Shown piece after piece: positions 13,790 through 26,128 of a stretch of 64,000 nt of DNA. How positions within the stretch are numbered: the first letter of the stretch is position 1; each line of letters begins with the position of its first letter. Under the pieces are notes generated by a model that worked only from the letters and a program-made list of their open reading frames with translations, did no database searches and was not told the origin of the DNA. Made by a program: the position numbers and the translations under genes. The DNA comes from Podarcis filfolensis (Eukaryota), in NCBI GenBank assembly GCA_964270895.1, contig OZ185440.1; one strand, 5' to 3'.

Positions 13790-14062
13790 CTGCTCTATTC
13801 AGGAGGGCTCCTGAGAGGCTGCACATCTTCAAGTGAGAAAGAGTCTGCTAGCTCACTCTCTTCCCTTTCCTCTTCTTGCTGTTCACCTCCCAGTTCTTCC
13901 CAACTATTGTCCTCCAAACTGTGCCCCTCAGCAAACCATTGTTCCAGATCAACACTACTCCACTGCTCCTGTGGAGTTTCAGGATCCTGGCCATGAGCAG
14001 GGGGAGGGGTAGGCTCCCACCATTCCTCATCAGAGTTGTACTCCTCTGCCTGGTCTCTGACA
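13790..14062 (-). mobile_element. Truncated LTR (Gypsy-like solo-LTR 5' part)
   Basis: The minus strand begins TGTCAGAGACC, followed by purine-rich sequence with an acidic pseudo-frame (AEEYNSDEEWWEP...EEEREESE), as I recall for squamate LTRs. No 3' CA end or TSD found. Confidence 0.45.
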
Positions 14063-15461
14063 TTTGGGGAGAGGTTGGGATGAGAAAGGTATTTGGATCT
14101 AACGCTTACTTAATTGCTTAACGCTTACTTAAATTGCTTTTTCATGGTTAAGAAAAAGCAGTTATAGCATTTTTAAAAATTCAATGAAAGTATGTTACAG
14201 CTTACACAGATTTTCTGAATAATCACCAGATATTTGTGAATTGTTAAAGTCTGATTTTCTATGTATAAAAACACCTGGTTTTTTAGGGTGAGCATATTCA
14301 CAATGCATAGCTCCATGTATTATGTTTGTTGTTGTGGACTTTCTGCTGGAGCCAAGGATTAGTAAAATTGTCACAGGGTGCTAGGATCAAGGAAGTGGCA
14401 ACTTATAACTCCACAGGATCATTTCTGGGGCCATATATGTGATCATTAATTTTTATTTTATAGTCTCTGATTATTTGAGCACAGTAACTTCTGAAATAAA
14501 AAAATGTGTGACTTCACCAACCAAACAACACAAGTATTTACTTTCCGTTGACTTTTATTTTCTGATCCGCTTGGTAATGAAGCGTTTCTAGCCCTGGGAC
14601 GAGGTGGTAGAGCAAGGTGAAATGGTTATAATGTGAATCACACACACCCTTCACTTCTAATATGAAGAAACCTCATGCTGAATGCCTTGGAGCTGTAGTG
14701 TAGGTTCTGAAGGCTGAATTTCTTCTTTAGGCAACTGTGTTCTTATATTGAGTTCAGAGTAAACTTAGCTTCACCAAGTAAATTTGGCTTATTGTAAAGT
14801 ACACTTTTCCCTCCAGAGTGTGCATTGTTTAATTTTCTTTACAATCTTTGCCTTTTATAATTAACGTGTTACCCACACAGATTCAAAATAATGTTGATCT
14901 GCTCATTACAAAATATTTCTCTGTGTTCACCATGGTAGAGCAAAGACAAGTATGAAAGGGTTGCATGGTAAGCTATTAGTACAACATTCTTTTACTTTTT
15001 CTGTGGCTTGATATACAAGGAGGACAAGTGTCCAATCCGCAATTGTTCTGATTTGTTTGACTGAGAATTTATCTGAATTCGTGCTTGGGATTCACTGACT
15101 TAATTCTCGTCACATTTCATTCCATTGAGTGTGCTGACACATTCTCTTTCATTGAAGCTTTCCTGGAACAGCATGTTCCAAACCTTTCCCTGCTCCGTGG
15201 AATTTCATGCCATTCCTAAAGCAAATACCGAAAGATCACTTTACGGTGGGTTCAGCTCTGTGGAGGTGGGGAAGTGACAGCAAAATCTTATGGAGATGTC
15301 AGAGGGGGGCTGAAAGATAGGCAGGCTCAGTATGGTTGAGATGCCCCTGGTATCATTTACAGTTGTTAAAACGGTAGTAGATTGCTAATTTTAACACCTT
15401 GACCTCTCTCTTTCCTTTCCTTTCCTCTCCCCTTCCCTTCCCTTCCCTTCTTTCCCCTAAG

Positions 15462-15592
15462 GCATGTATAGATGAGAACCTGGACATGGTAAAGTTTCTG
15501 ATAGAATACGGAGCCAATGTAAATCAGCAAGATAACGAGGGCTGGACCCCACTTCATGCGGTTGCATCTTGTGGCTATCTGAACATAGCAGA
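15462..15592 (+). CDS. PPP1R12B: PPP1R12B exon 2 (131 nt), ankyrin repeat
   Basis: ctAAG|GCA...GA|GTGAGT; [43 protein letters not shown](E). Confidence 0.97.
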
Positions 15593-15689
15593 GTGAGTGA
15601 GTTTCAGTGTGACCTGGATACTGGAAATAATAAATGACTTACCTCCTTTTCAGAGAAGTGAGTGTGAGGGGGGAATGTATGAATGGTTG

Positions 15690-15890
15690 ATGTATGCTTC
15701 TTGTTACGTATCCTTTGGGATAGGCACGTGGCAAACCCGGAACTATTTTTCCAGGTTTTGCGCATGTGCATGCGCAGAAGCGCTCTACCGTGCCGCACGC
15801 ATGCGCAGAACAGGCACCTCCGGTTGTGAAAACCTTGGGATCTGACCGGAGCTCCGGAACGGATCCTGTCCACAACCGGAGGTACCACTG
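15690..15890 (+). mobile_element. Tc1/pogo-type MITE (family A), left end degraded
   Basis: Right TIR CCGGAGGTACCACTG+TA; internal GCGCATGCGCAGAAG motif shared with 16157 and 48710 copies. Confidence 0.75.
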
Positions 15891-16156
15891 TACTAATTTA
15901 AAATGACAGATCCAAACATGTGTCTAAGCAAACTATAACCACCGTAGCTCAAAAAGGATGCATATTTCCTTTGGATATATAAACCACATGAAATGTTAGC
16001 TAGTGCCACAAAACTAATAGTTTATTAGATAATAATCTGGCTCACAGTGAAGCAAGAGGAGGAATTCTGAACAAGAATGTAGGATAATTAGCGAGACTGT
16101 AGGATTATCAGGCCAGCTCTATGGATGATGATCTGTTTCTGTACAAAAAGTCTATA

Positions 16157-16373
16157 CAGTCATACCTCGGGTTGAAGTAGCTTCGGGTTGAGCATTTTCA
16201 GGTTACACGTTACTTCTGGATTTTGCCGTTTGCGCATGTGCAGACACTCAAGATGACGTCACACGCATGCGTGGAAGCGGCGAATCGCAGCACGCGCAGA
16301 GGCGGGTTGTGTTTGCTTCAGGATGCGAATGGGGCTTTGGAACAGATCCCGTTCGCATCCAGAGGTACCACTG
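16157..16373 (+). mobile_element. Tc1/pogo-type MITE (family A)
   Basis: TA|CAGTCATACCTCGGGTT...GAGGTACCACTG|TA. Confidence 0.88.
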
Positions 16374-16697
16374 TATAAGCCAGACATGCATACTGAGGGG
16401 GGAAAGTCCTTTTAAAATAAACTTAAGCAAAAACAGATCAATTTTTTTTAAAAAAATGAATTATCTGGTTGTTTCCAAAATTTGAAAGTTTCATAAAGAA
16501 TTGTATCTTAATTGGCTAAGCAAATTAACAGTAATAGCTATTTGCAGGGCTGGTCTTGTGTTAAGGGAGGTCACTATCACTAGCTGCAAAAAATCTGAAT
16601 TCAGTGTTTTGCTTTTTACTGGCAAAGTATAAACACAAAGCCAGATATTGAACTTGTGCTGTGAAGTCCAGTCTCAATCTGGCTCTCATTCATGTAG

Positions 16698-16816
16698 GTA
16701 TCTGATAAGTCACGGGGCCAACGTAGCTGCTGTGAACAGTGAAGGTGAAGTCCCATCTGACCTTGCAGAGGAAGCAGCCATGAAGGATCTGCTCTTGGAA
16801 CAAGTAAAGAAACAAG
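16698..16816 (+). CDS. PPP1R12B: PPP1R12B exon 3 (119 nt)
   Basis: tgtAG|G TAT...CAA G|GTAAGG; YLISHGANVAAVNSEGEVPSDLAEEAAMKDLLLEQVKKQ(G). Confidence 0.97.
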
Positions 16817-18156
16817 GTAAGGAAATTGTATGTCTTACTAACCACTCTTCAGTCTTGTGGGGTTTTAATAAGAAAAGCATATATACTTTGGTTATAAACA
16901 GGGCCTGGAATTTCACTTTAGTACATAAAACATTAGGAACAGTGACACCACGCAAAAGTACATTTCTAAAGTAAAGCATTTTGTTTGTTCTCTTAAGTTA
17001 GGCTGTACACAAAGGAAAATAAATATTCTGAAAACGTGGATCATTCATCCCCTCTGTATGTTGTTGGCCCAAACCAACTGCTGTTGCTTTTGTCTTGGGT
17101 TTTTATTTGTGCTAAATGTAAAAACACATTTTATTGTTTCTGCTGGCAATTGCCAAAGGCCTCAACATCAGAGTTGTCATTTTTGCAGAGTGTGTGCATA
17201 TCAATGTGTTGATCCTTGTTTGAAACAAACCTAAGGTATGTTTTGTATTGAGACAATGTTGCTTTCCTTTTCTTGGAGTATTTACAAAGCTTAAAGTTGT
17301 CTTACTGTCATCACCCTCCCTCCCTTCCCACACTAGTTATTTTTGGCGCTTGCAACTATACCAGCTTAGTCATTCTATGCAGCTCAGTCTTTCTGTGCAG
17401 GCATTCTAAAATGCTACCCTATGAGGAGATGTGGACTTTCCTGATTGACATGTGTAGAAGGATTGATGTGCTGCTTCAGTTTTTCTTTGTAACAGCAAGG
17501 TTAACATTGCACAAACAGCTGGTCCACAGCACAGTACCTAGGTAATTTATTTGATTTGACAGTTTGGTGATAGCCCATTTAACATTAGAGAAATGTGGGA
17601 GATTGCCTGGAGGGCACACAGGGTGCTGCTGTGGAAAGTGCAATCCTTTCTGAATATGTTAGCATGTTCCCTTGGAAATGAAACTGTTTCAATTCTACTT
17701 CCTTTTAGCAAAGCTTAGTAACTGTTTTTATTGTTGGAGTTCACATATTCAGATTTAACTTCTAAGTACTTGTGCTGTTCAGCTATACTGCGTGTACTTC
17801 CAGTTATGGAAAGTTACAAAGAACTTTAATTCTATGTAACTTTTTTTTTCATAATCCTAAATGACTTGAAAAAAATTTGATGTGCAAAAATACATGGCTG
17901 AGATTTTATTCAACTCTATTCTCAGCATCTTTAATGTTTTTGTGGTGTTCCTTCACGTTTTAGATAAAATGAGCCATATTAATTGTTCAGTCTTAGTTTT
18001 AAATATCCTGCCCCCTGCAACCCTTTGTGCAATTAAATTAATTGGCAGTACATTAAGGACGACAAAATTATGAACTTGTTATAAAACTTGTATCTTCTCC
18101 TCTGCGTTATTTTTGTTCTACTTCAGGCTTTTTACACCTGTTGTCTGTTTCTCCAG

Positions 18157-18316
18157 GATTGGATCTTGATCAAGCAAGAAAAGCAGAAGAGCAACAAATG
18201 CTTCAGGATGCACGGCAATGGCTGAACAGGAGGAAAATTGAAGATAGGAAGCAGCCCCGAACTGGTGCTACAGCTCTTCACGTAGCTTCAGCTAAAGGCT
18301 ACTCTGAGGTGATGAG
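18157..18316 (+). CDS. PPP1R12B: PPP1R12B exon 4 (160 nt)
   Basis: ctccAG|GA...AG|GTACTG; LDLDQARKAEEQQMLQDARQWLNRRKIEDRKQPRTGATALHVASAKGYSEVM(R). Confidence 0.97.
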
Positions 18317-19746
18317 GTACTGATCTGTTTCCATTGTTAGCTGTAATAAACCATGGCCTAATGGTACTCTTGTAAAAAATGACTCTGTGAAGAGAGATTT
18401 CTACATGTTTCTGGTATTGGAATATGAGACTATTGGATTGGATTGGATTATGATACTATTTATTCCAATAGTACTAGATGTGTTTTAATACGCAGTGATT
18501 TAATGCATCTGCCCTTTCTTCTTCTGTTTGGGATTTTCAGGGATTAAAGTTCAGTGCAAGTGGGCTTTCAACTTTTATCTTAAACCTAAGTGTAAAATTA
18601 CTGCGTATTCTCTTGCTAGCTCTTACCACCACTAGCTAAGGATGAAGTCCCAGCTGCAACATATTAGTTGTAGAGCTAGCTGTTATTTGTGAGCCCCTTA
18701 ACCTGAAAGAGGTTGTTGGTACACACTAAGAATTCACTGGTTGCTATGGTTTCTCCAAAGAAAATAGGAATAATAGTACTTTTCGTATGATGGACTTTTG
18801 ATTAGTCTTGAGCCCTTTCAAATACCTGATTTCTCCATCCTCTGGAGCTAGCCTTGTAAGGATGGGACATATGCTGTATTTCAGTTGTTTGTTTCTATAC
18901 TTGTTCACTTGTTTGTAAATGAAGGTCTCCAGGATTTTCTGATAGTTGGCTTTGGTGGGATTTCTTTTGTTATAATTTATTGTCTGCAGCCTTTATAAGA
19001 TATATACAAACTAACAGCATGGTTGGGAAAGTGTAAGGTTTTGTAGGGTTTTTACAGCTGGCTAATGGATAGGATAGGTTTTTCAAGGATAGCTATTGCA
19101 GAGTAGGGCTATAATTGCAACGTAGAGGCTTGGTTGCTAGATCTTGAGCTGTGTAAGTATGAAATGTATTCATATTATCAACAGGAGGAAAAAGTACCAG
19201 TTAACTTGTTTTTAGCTGTTTGAGAGATTTAAATTTGCCTGCTTTATGTTACTTTTCCAGGACATATATTCAGTTTGCTGACCCAGAACAGCAGTGTAGA
19301 AAAGCTTTATTGAACATTACATTCCTGTGCTTACTTAAGTGTTTAGTTTCTTGGTAAGGAGAACATTTGCTAGCCAACACTTTTCAGTTTGTGTTGGTAT
19401 GCTTGCTTTTTGTGTTGAGGTAGCTTCTGGCACCAATTTTTAGCTTCAGTGTTTGGATGGTTTCATGGGCCTTTGCAGGTTTTCTGCACCTGGTTTTACC
19501 AGGTTTTTAGTGATGTTAATACTAAGAAATATCATAATTCTTGGAATCTTTTCTGATGTGCTCCTTATTAAGTGATTGCACTGTGCCAATTGAAGGTGTC
19601 TGTTTTAAAAGCCAATCTCTAAGTATTTAGTAATTATTTTAAACAATAGTTTAGATCCAGACTCAGCTGAACTTAGATCCCATTGAAATAAATGTGACAA
19701 GTTGGTTGCGACTTGACACCAATGAGACTTAGGTTTTTGTAGCTTG

Positions 19747-19828
19747 CAGTGCAATCCTATACCTGTCTGCTTGGAGGTTTCAGTTCAGTAGAACTTACTC
19801 CCAGGTAAGTTTGTATAGGATTACAGCC
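19747..19828. mobile_element. Short palindromic Harbinger-like MITE
   Basis: Inverted ends GCAATCCTATAC / GTATAGGATTAC, right flank TAA; carries CAG|GTAAGT at 19802-19810. Confidence 0.65.
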
Positions 19829-20748
19829 TAAGTCTGGACCTAGCCTAAAGAGGTGAAAGCAAAGTGGGAGCAACAAGCACATATATGCTACATGATTTTT
19901 GACAATTCTTTTGAATACTTCCTTGTTCATTGTTTTCCTGCTTTGAAATCTGTCCAACGCATCCTCTGAAAGTTCATTTATTTTCTGAGCTGTGCATTGC
20001 GGGAGTGATCAACAGTGGGATTTTAAAAAATGTAACCATAGTAACATGCAGATATAAAAGACACTGAAATGACAGCCGCCTAGTTGGATGGCAGTATGGA
20101 AACAACCTTCACTGCCATTCACAACACAGCCTTATATTCACTTGTCTAGCCCTTCTCTCCTGCCAGGAATGTTGTGTAGGATTAACACCCCCCTCATATT
20201 CCAGTATATGAAAAATATTGTGGAGTAAAATAAATGGGTGTCATTGTTTCACACTAACAGCGGTTCATCAGAGAGGAAGTGAGGAGGAATTTGGAAAAGT
20301 AAACAACATGGAGGTAATTTTCCAGTTGTTATGTTAAGAAGGAATTCATTGTTGAAGGGGTGAAAGTTCAGTGGCAAAATAGATACAGAAGATCTCCTAT
20401 TTAATATGGACTCTTCAGAAGAATCTTGGTTAGGAACGTTAGGAAATACTTCTGCCTGAGACACTACTGCACAGTAGTTAAGGGGTAACATAGTTTCTCA
20501 AACTCCATTCACGTAGTCTATAAAAAGGTTGCAGAACAGTTAGGAATATTGGCTTGCACTTTATTTATTTATTGGACAACACAAAAACAGGCACATAATC
20601 AAAGCCAACACTATGGTTATTAATAAAATGAGTTATGTAAGTGGTTAGATTTATACAACAACAACAACAAAAGTTATGTGTCCCACCAAGGCCCCTGGGA
20701 GTTTTAAAAGCTAGACGGACCTATAGTATAAAACTATATTGTATATTG

Positions 20749-20884
20749 CAGGCATAGGCAAACTTGGCCCTCCAGGTGTTTTGGGACTACAACTCCCATC
20801 ATCCCCAACCACTGGTCCTGTTAGCTAGGGATGATGGGGGTTATAGTCCCAGAACATCTGGATGGCCGAGTTTGCCTACGCCTG
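20749..20884. mobile_element. 136-bp hAT hairpin MITE
   Basis: TIR CAGGCATAGGCAAAC / GTTTGCCTACGCCTG; near-palindromic arms; perfect 8-bp TSD GTATATTG. Confidence 0.93.
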
Positions 20885-21109
20885 GTATATTGGGTAATGG
20901 CGCATTTGCCCATACTGGAGGATGCTGTTCCTGTAACTTCTTCCTTTTCTTTCCAGGTTTGCTTCCACCCATCACTGGAACACTTTGAGCTGTCTGCTTT
21001 ACCACACTTGTCTTTCTCACAGAGTATAAACCTATTTCATAAAGCCCACTGCACGTTCTTAAGCTGCATGACTGAACTGCTGCCATTCTTGCTCACTTGT
21101 TTTTCTTAG

Positions 21110-21254
21110 GCTCTTGATCCAAGCTGGGTATGATGTGAATGTCCAGGACAATGATGGCTGGACTCCACTCCATGCTGCTGCACATTGGGGAGTAAAGGAA
21201 GCTTGCTCTATCTTGGCTGAAGCACTGTGTGACATGGACATCAGGAACAAGCTG
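21110..21254 (+). CDS. PPP1R12B: PPP1R12B exon 5 (145 nt), ankyrin repeat
   Basis: ttcttAG|G...CTG|GTTAGT; LLIQAGYDVNVQDNDGWTPLHAAAHWGVKEACSILAEALCDMDIRNKL. This exon is missing from the ORF track. Confidence 0.97.
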
Positions 21255-21736
21255 GTTAGTGAGCTGTAGACTAGTAAATTAATACAAGAGCCCCCAGTAG
21301 CAAGATGTTCCTTGACAAGCCAAACATGCACTTAAATTGCACATATATAATTATTGCCTGTTACTTGGCTTTAGTCAATTGAGTAGGTTGTATTATGCAC
21401 ATATTTTATTCTCCCTGTCAGCGGAAATGTATTTTGAAAGGTGTTGTTGAAAATACATTTTTGGTGTGTGTGTTCTTTGACTACTGTGTCTATTTCTATT
21501 TTCAATGTGATAGGCCATTTGAAATCTTTCGGGCCAAAAGTCCAAATGGCTACTTTCTACCTTCTGTAATGTCTATGTATATGATTGGACTCTTATCTGG
21601 TATTCTTTTTACCTAAAACTGATGGAGAAAGGCCTTCCCACACTGCATCATATTTTGGCAGTGTACTAATTGTAGATGTGTCAATTGACTTCTGAGCTAG
21701 AGCAAATGGGTGCTTCCTGAAAATTTATAGACTAAT

Positions 21737-21758
21737 ACACACACACACACACACACAC
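21737..21758. repeat. (AC)11 microsatellite
   Basis: Seen directly. Confidence 0.9.
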
Positions 21759-21820
21759 TTTTGCAAACACCCAAAAGTGTATTGCCACCCTGCAGCAACT
21801 TAGAAAATTACGATTTTAAG

Positions 21821-21932
21821 CAGACTTCCTCAACCTCACCCCTCCGTCATCCCTGACCACTGGTCCTGCTAGCTAGAGATCATGGGAGTTGTAGGCAAAA
21901 AACATCTGGAGGGCCAAGGTTGAGGAAGCCTG
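21821..21932. mobile_element. hAT hairpin MITE with left-arm deletion (112 bp)
   Basis: CAGACTTCCTCAACC / GGTTGAGGAAGCCTG; perfect 8-bp TSD ATTTTAAG. Confidence 0.9.
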
Positions 21933-23689
21933 ATTTTAAGTTTCTGTCAATATCAGAACTGTGATGCCTTGCCTTCTTGCTGTGGCTGCGGCCACCATTG
22001 CTATACTTTCCCTTGCCTATGATGTCTACATTTACAGTGTCTTCTCGGAGTTAAAAGAGGAGGTAGAGTAGGAAAAAGAACCAAGTCCCTTCACAGACCC
22101 CTGGGATAGTAGACTGGGTTCTGCACTTACTCTACATTCCTTAGAGAGGGGTAAAAAAAAAGTTAGGCTTCGAGAATGAGAGCTGTTACAAAGTGCTTTG
22201 GGGTATTTTGGTGGTGTTGTCAGTGCTGATAAAGAAGGGAACAGGAGGAGGAAACCTTAGTTTATTTAACTGTCCTTGGTACTGATTTTTAAAATGCAAC
22301 AGGGGATGGGGTTACAGAGTGGGAATGATAATCCCCTCCCCCACTGAAGGAGAGAAGTATAAGTGTAAGGTTTTGGAAGGCTGAAAATATTCTTCTGCAT
22401 GAGGGACCATGGCATTGTTTCCCCCAGCTACATGTAAGCTGAAATTGTTTCTATGGTGAGTTGGGTTTTTTTAAGGGCTTCCATTAAAACCTCACTCCCA
22501 GTCTTGGATGTTCCTGGGGATTTGTCAGTCTTTCGAAGAGTTTTAGTTTGCTGCCTGGAGTGAGGATGGAGACTGACAGTATGAGATGATAAACCAGTTA
22601 GTGTGTATGGGATAATGTGGTAAACAAGAAAACCCTTGGTGAAATCAGGCCAGACAAGCGGTACCTGTCATGAGCTTTGTAGAAATGTGCAGGGCTTTGT
22701 GCCAATAGTAGTTCTTGTCTTTGCTTTTAGTGAATGGTACATGAAACATCATTTATCATATCATTTGCAAAGAAGGTCCTATGCCTCACAAGTCATATAT
22801 TTCCATGCCTGATGAAATAAGGCATCTGAATTAACGCTTGCCCTAATCATTCAAAGTGGATCATTTCTGCAGCATTAAAACTGTTGGTGGAGGTGGAAAG
22901 AGGTAGAAGCAGTAGTAATATTTAGAGGCACCTTTAGCTTGTATGGAACATATGGCCTTGATGTTGTGCCTTAAAAATATTCAAGGGTCGTTTATTGGTT
23001 TACTACTGTATAATGTAAGAAAGCAGGTGGTCACTGTCATCATTATAAGTTTCCGTTTTTGGGACTGTTTATGGAGCAAGACTCAAATTTGCTTTAACTG
23101 CTATGTTTCTTGGATCTTCATTAGTCTGCATTATGACTTGGGTGTTGCTCTAAGACTGTGATTATGATTTGGCTGTCAAACTCACATAGAGTTTGGTAGA
23201 AAAGCTGCTTGAAGAAGGGCAGATGGTACCTCGTCCTCCTCTGATGAAGCATTAATAACCCACCTAGTCAGTCCCCTTCAGTGAGCTCTAAGAAGACAAG
23301 ATGGGCCAATGGTCAGTTGCACTTCTTCAAGCAGGGGACATCCTTTTGCTAGCTTCACAATCCTCAGAAGTTCAGGGTGGGAGAGGGCATTCTCTGTGGC
23401 AGCTGCTTAGCTGAGGAATTTTCTCCCCATTGAGGTGCACCTTGCTTAGTCCCACCCCCCCAAATCTTTTTTATTGAGCTTTCCATTGCAAATGTAAATT
23501 CAAAAATTAAACATCAACATCATCATTTAGGATTCCCTGACTCCTTTGACTCCCTTCTGTCGTTCCATGGTTACCATTTTCAATCTTTCTCAACTACTTC
23601 ACTTATTTTCTCTATTTTTCTTAAATCATCCATTTTTACCTTTATTTTTAGTACATTGCAAGCATTACTTGAATCCTGCCAAAGTTTTT

Positions 23690-23880
23690 AGTTACCTTCA
23701 TTGCTTAGTTTCTGCCATAAATTGAAGGCACTTTTTTTAACCCCAGCTTTTGACACTTAAGATACATATATTTGGCTCACCTTATTCTCTTGACCGTAAT
23801 TTATTTTAGTATTGTATTTTTAAATGGTTGTAACCTGCTCTGGGACTTCATGGTGAAAGGGGGTAAGAACTCTAATTTAT
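23690..23880 (+). mobile_element. L2-type LINE 3' tail remnant
   Basis: ...ttttaaatggttgtaacctgctctgggacttc...gaaagggggtaagaa tail pattern; diverged. Confidence 0.45.
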
Positions 23881-24631
23881 TTGGTCACAACCAACAACTC
23901 TATTATTATCATTATGTCCCATTGATCCTGTTGCCTCTGCTATAATGTTTGATAGAGATGCTCATAAAATCCTGCCCATAACTGAATGACTAGGAGAGAA
24001 CTACAAGATCATGCATTCCCTGCCCCAGTCCCTTTACTCTCAAGGACAAGCTTTCCTCTGACTGCCCCCCGCCCCAAAACATATTTCATGGTTCAGGATT
24101 CTGTATGCACCAATTCTAACATGGTTAATACTAACCAGGATTTTAAAATGTGTTTGCAAACCCTTGTAATGAGGGATTTTAGCTAGTGGTTGTCTGGAAG
24201 TGGTAGTATTGAAAATGTTATATCTGTACTGGCTCAGCCTAACCCAACCTTTTTTTGGGGTACTACTGGTATCAGAAGCTACATGTGTAAGAATAGTACT
24301 CTAATTTTATTGCAAGATACTTCCTGATATTTTTGACAAATTCCATCATTTATATCCTGTTCCATGCCTCTGGCTGGTCTATCCTACGATAATCAATTTG
24401 TATAACAAAATGCATGCTTAACTTGGGAGCTAATATATAATTAAAAGATATGGCCAGTCCTTTCCCAATGCAAAGTAGGTAAATTCTAAAGTTGCTTTCA
24501 AAGGCTTGCCAATTACTGGAATAAGAAATGTACATTATAAACTTTGCTTAATAAACATAAAGAATCCCCTTTCGAAAGTAATGAAATGCCATCCTAAAGT
24601 GCCTTTGTTTGCTAACTTCACATGCCATCAG

Positions 24632-24706
24632 GGTCAGACACCATTTGATGTTGCCGATGAAGGATTGGTTGAACATTTAGAGATGCTCCAGAAGAAACAG
24701 AATATG
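24632..24706 (+). CDS. PPP1R12B: PPP1R12B exon 6 (75 nt)
   Basis: catcAG|GGT...ATG|GTGAGT; GQTPFDVADEGLVEHLEMLQKKQNM. Confidence 0.96.
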
Positions 24707-24820
24707 GTGAGTTTCTGGCTATTCCTTTTAACTAGTCCAGCATTCATGGACTTGTTTAGTTGCTTATGAGATGTTAAATTGAAATGGATCAGAGTTAAAA
24801 GTACCAACATGATGCAAATA

Positions 24821-25059
24821 CAGTGGTACCTCGGTTTACGAACTTAATCCATTCCAGAAGTCCATTTTTAACCAAAACTGTTCTTAAACCAAGGCACGCT
24901 TTCCCTAATGAGGCCTCCCGCCGCCAGTGCCCTTCCACCGTTCGGATTCCGTTCTTAGACCGAGGTAAAGTTCACAAACCGGGACACTGCTTCTGGTTTT
25001 GCAGAGTTCATAACCGAATAGTTCTTAAACAGAGTTGTTCTTAAACCGAAATACCACTG
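24821..25059. mobile_element. Tigger/pogo-like MITE filling about half of the 491-bp intron 6
   Basis: TA|CAGTGGTACCTCGGTTTACGAAC...ATACCACTG|TA; termini shared with 32641-33363. Confidence 0.88.
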
Positions 25060-25197
25060 TAATGTCAAAATCCCTTTACTGTAGAAAGGGTCTGGGTAGC
25101 TTAATAATAATGGAATTTGAGAAGGGGGATAGTGAAAATGATTTACCAGAGCCATTAGTAGTTCTTTAAAACAGCTTTCTAATTATGCTTTTGACAG

Positions 25198-25274
25198 CTG
25201 CGCAGCGAAGAGACAAGAAACAAGCTAATAGAAGCGGATATGAATGGGAAACTTCAAAGTGGGCTCTTCAAAAA
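25198..25274 (+). CDS. PPP1R12B: PPP1R12B exon 7 (77 nt)
   Basis: ttgacAG|CTG...AA|GTAAGA; LRSEETRNKLIEADMNGKLQSGLFK(N). Confidence 0.95.
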
Positions 25275-25682
25275 GTAAGATCTCAAAGTACATGGTATGG
25301 GTGTCTTGCAGCATTTGATGTGAGCATTTCTGTGGGGATGGGGTAGGAAATGGTTTTGGAGATTGTTGCATTTGTTTTATTGTTTTTAGAGCATGTGTTT
25401 CAGTGTCTTATTCCATTTTTACTGTGTATATTGCTTCAAAGACTTTATGCTATCAAGCGGCCTATAAATTTGTGAAAGAAAATAACCCATTTTGAGCTTC
25501 TATAAGTCAAGTCACTAGCATGATCTGTAACATGGTGAGGCACCAGTGAATTTTGCAACTGATGAGTTAGTCATGTGGAAGCTATTACGTATTTGTTTTT
25601 AAATTACCTTTTATTGAAGAATGTGTGCTCCTCCCTCAGATCAGGAGCTCATCTAGTCAGTTTCACCACTCCACTGACAAAA

Positions 25683-25885
25683 GAGCCACTGTGGAGTAGT
25701 GCTTAGTGACTTGCTACGACCTGGAGACTAGAGGTCAAATCCTGACTCAGTCGTGAAGCTCACTGGGTGGCTTTGAGTCATCAGCCTAACCTACCTCACA
25801 GGGATGTTATGAAGGGAGAACCATGCGCAGCGCCTTGAGCTCCTTGGAGGAAAGATGTCATATAATAAAACATAAAATAAAAATG
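25683..25885 (+). mobile_element. tRNA-derived SINE (Squam3/CORE-like)
   Basis: A-box-like gtggagtagtgc, B-box-like ggtcaaatcc, then gaagctcactgggtg...cagcctaacctacctcacaggg and an A-rich tail. Confidence 0.65.
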
Positions 25886-26128
25886 ATTAAAAGAAGATGG
25901 CTGAAATTAAAAACTGTGGGGGAAACTTGAACATATGTACAGATAGAAGCTTTGGACCTAAGCTAGTGCATTGTTATATTAAGGGTAGAAGTTGCTCACA
26001 TTGCTCTGCAGAAATGATTCCGTAGAAAGCTTTATCTATGTTCTGATATCGTCAGCTTCTTAAAAGCACAACATTTTGTTCACTTATTCCATTGTGGTGA
26101 ATACCTCTCTCAACCACTTGTACTTCAG

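Noticed and set aside
13751-14121. Overlapping ORFs with acidic or Ser-rich content
   Set aside because: Low-complexity purine-rich LTR-like sequence with no coding support.
1-15461. PPP1R12B exon 1 or CpG-island promoter
   Set aside because: There is no CpG island or RVxF/first-ankyrin coding sequence; the region is intron 1.
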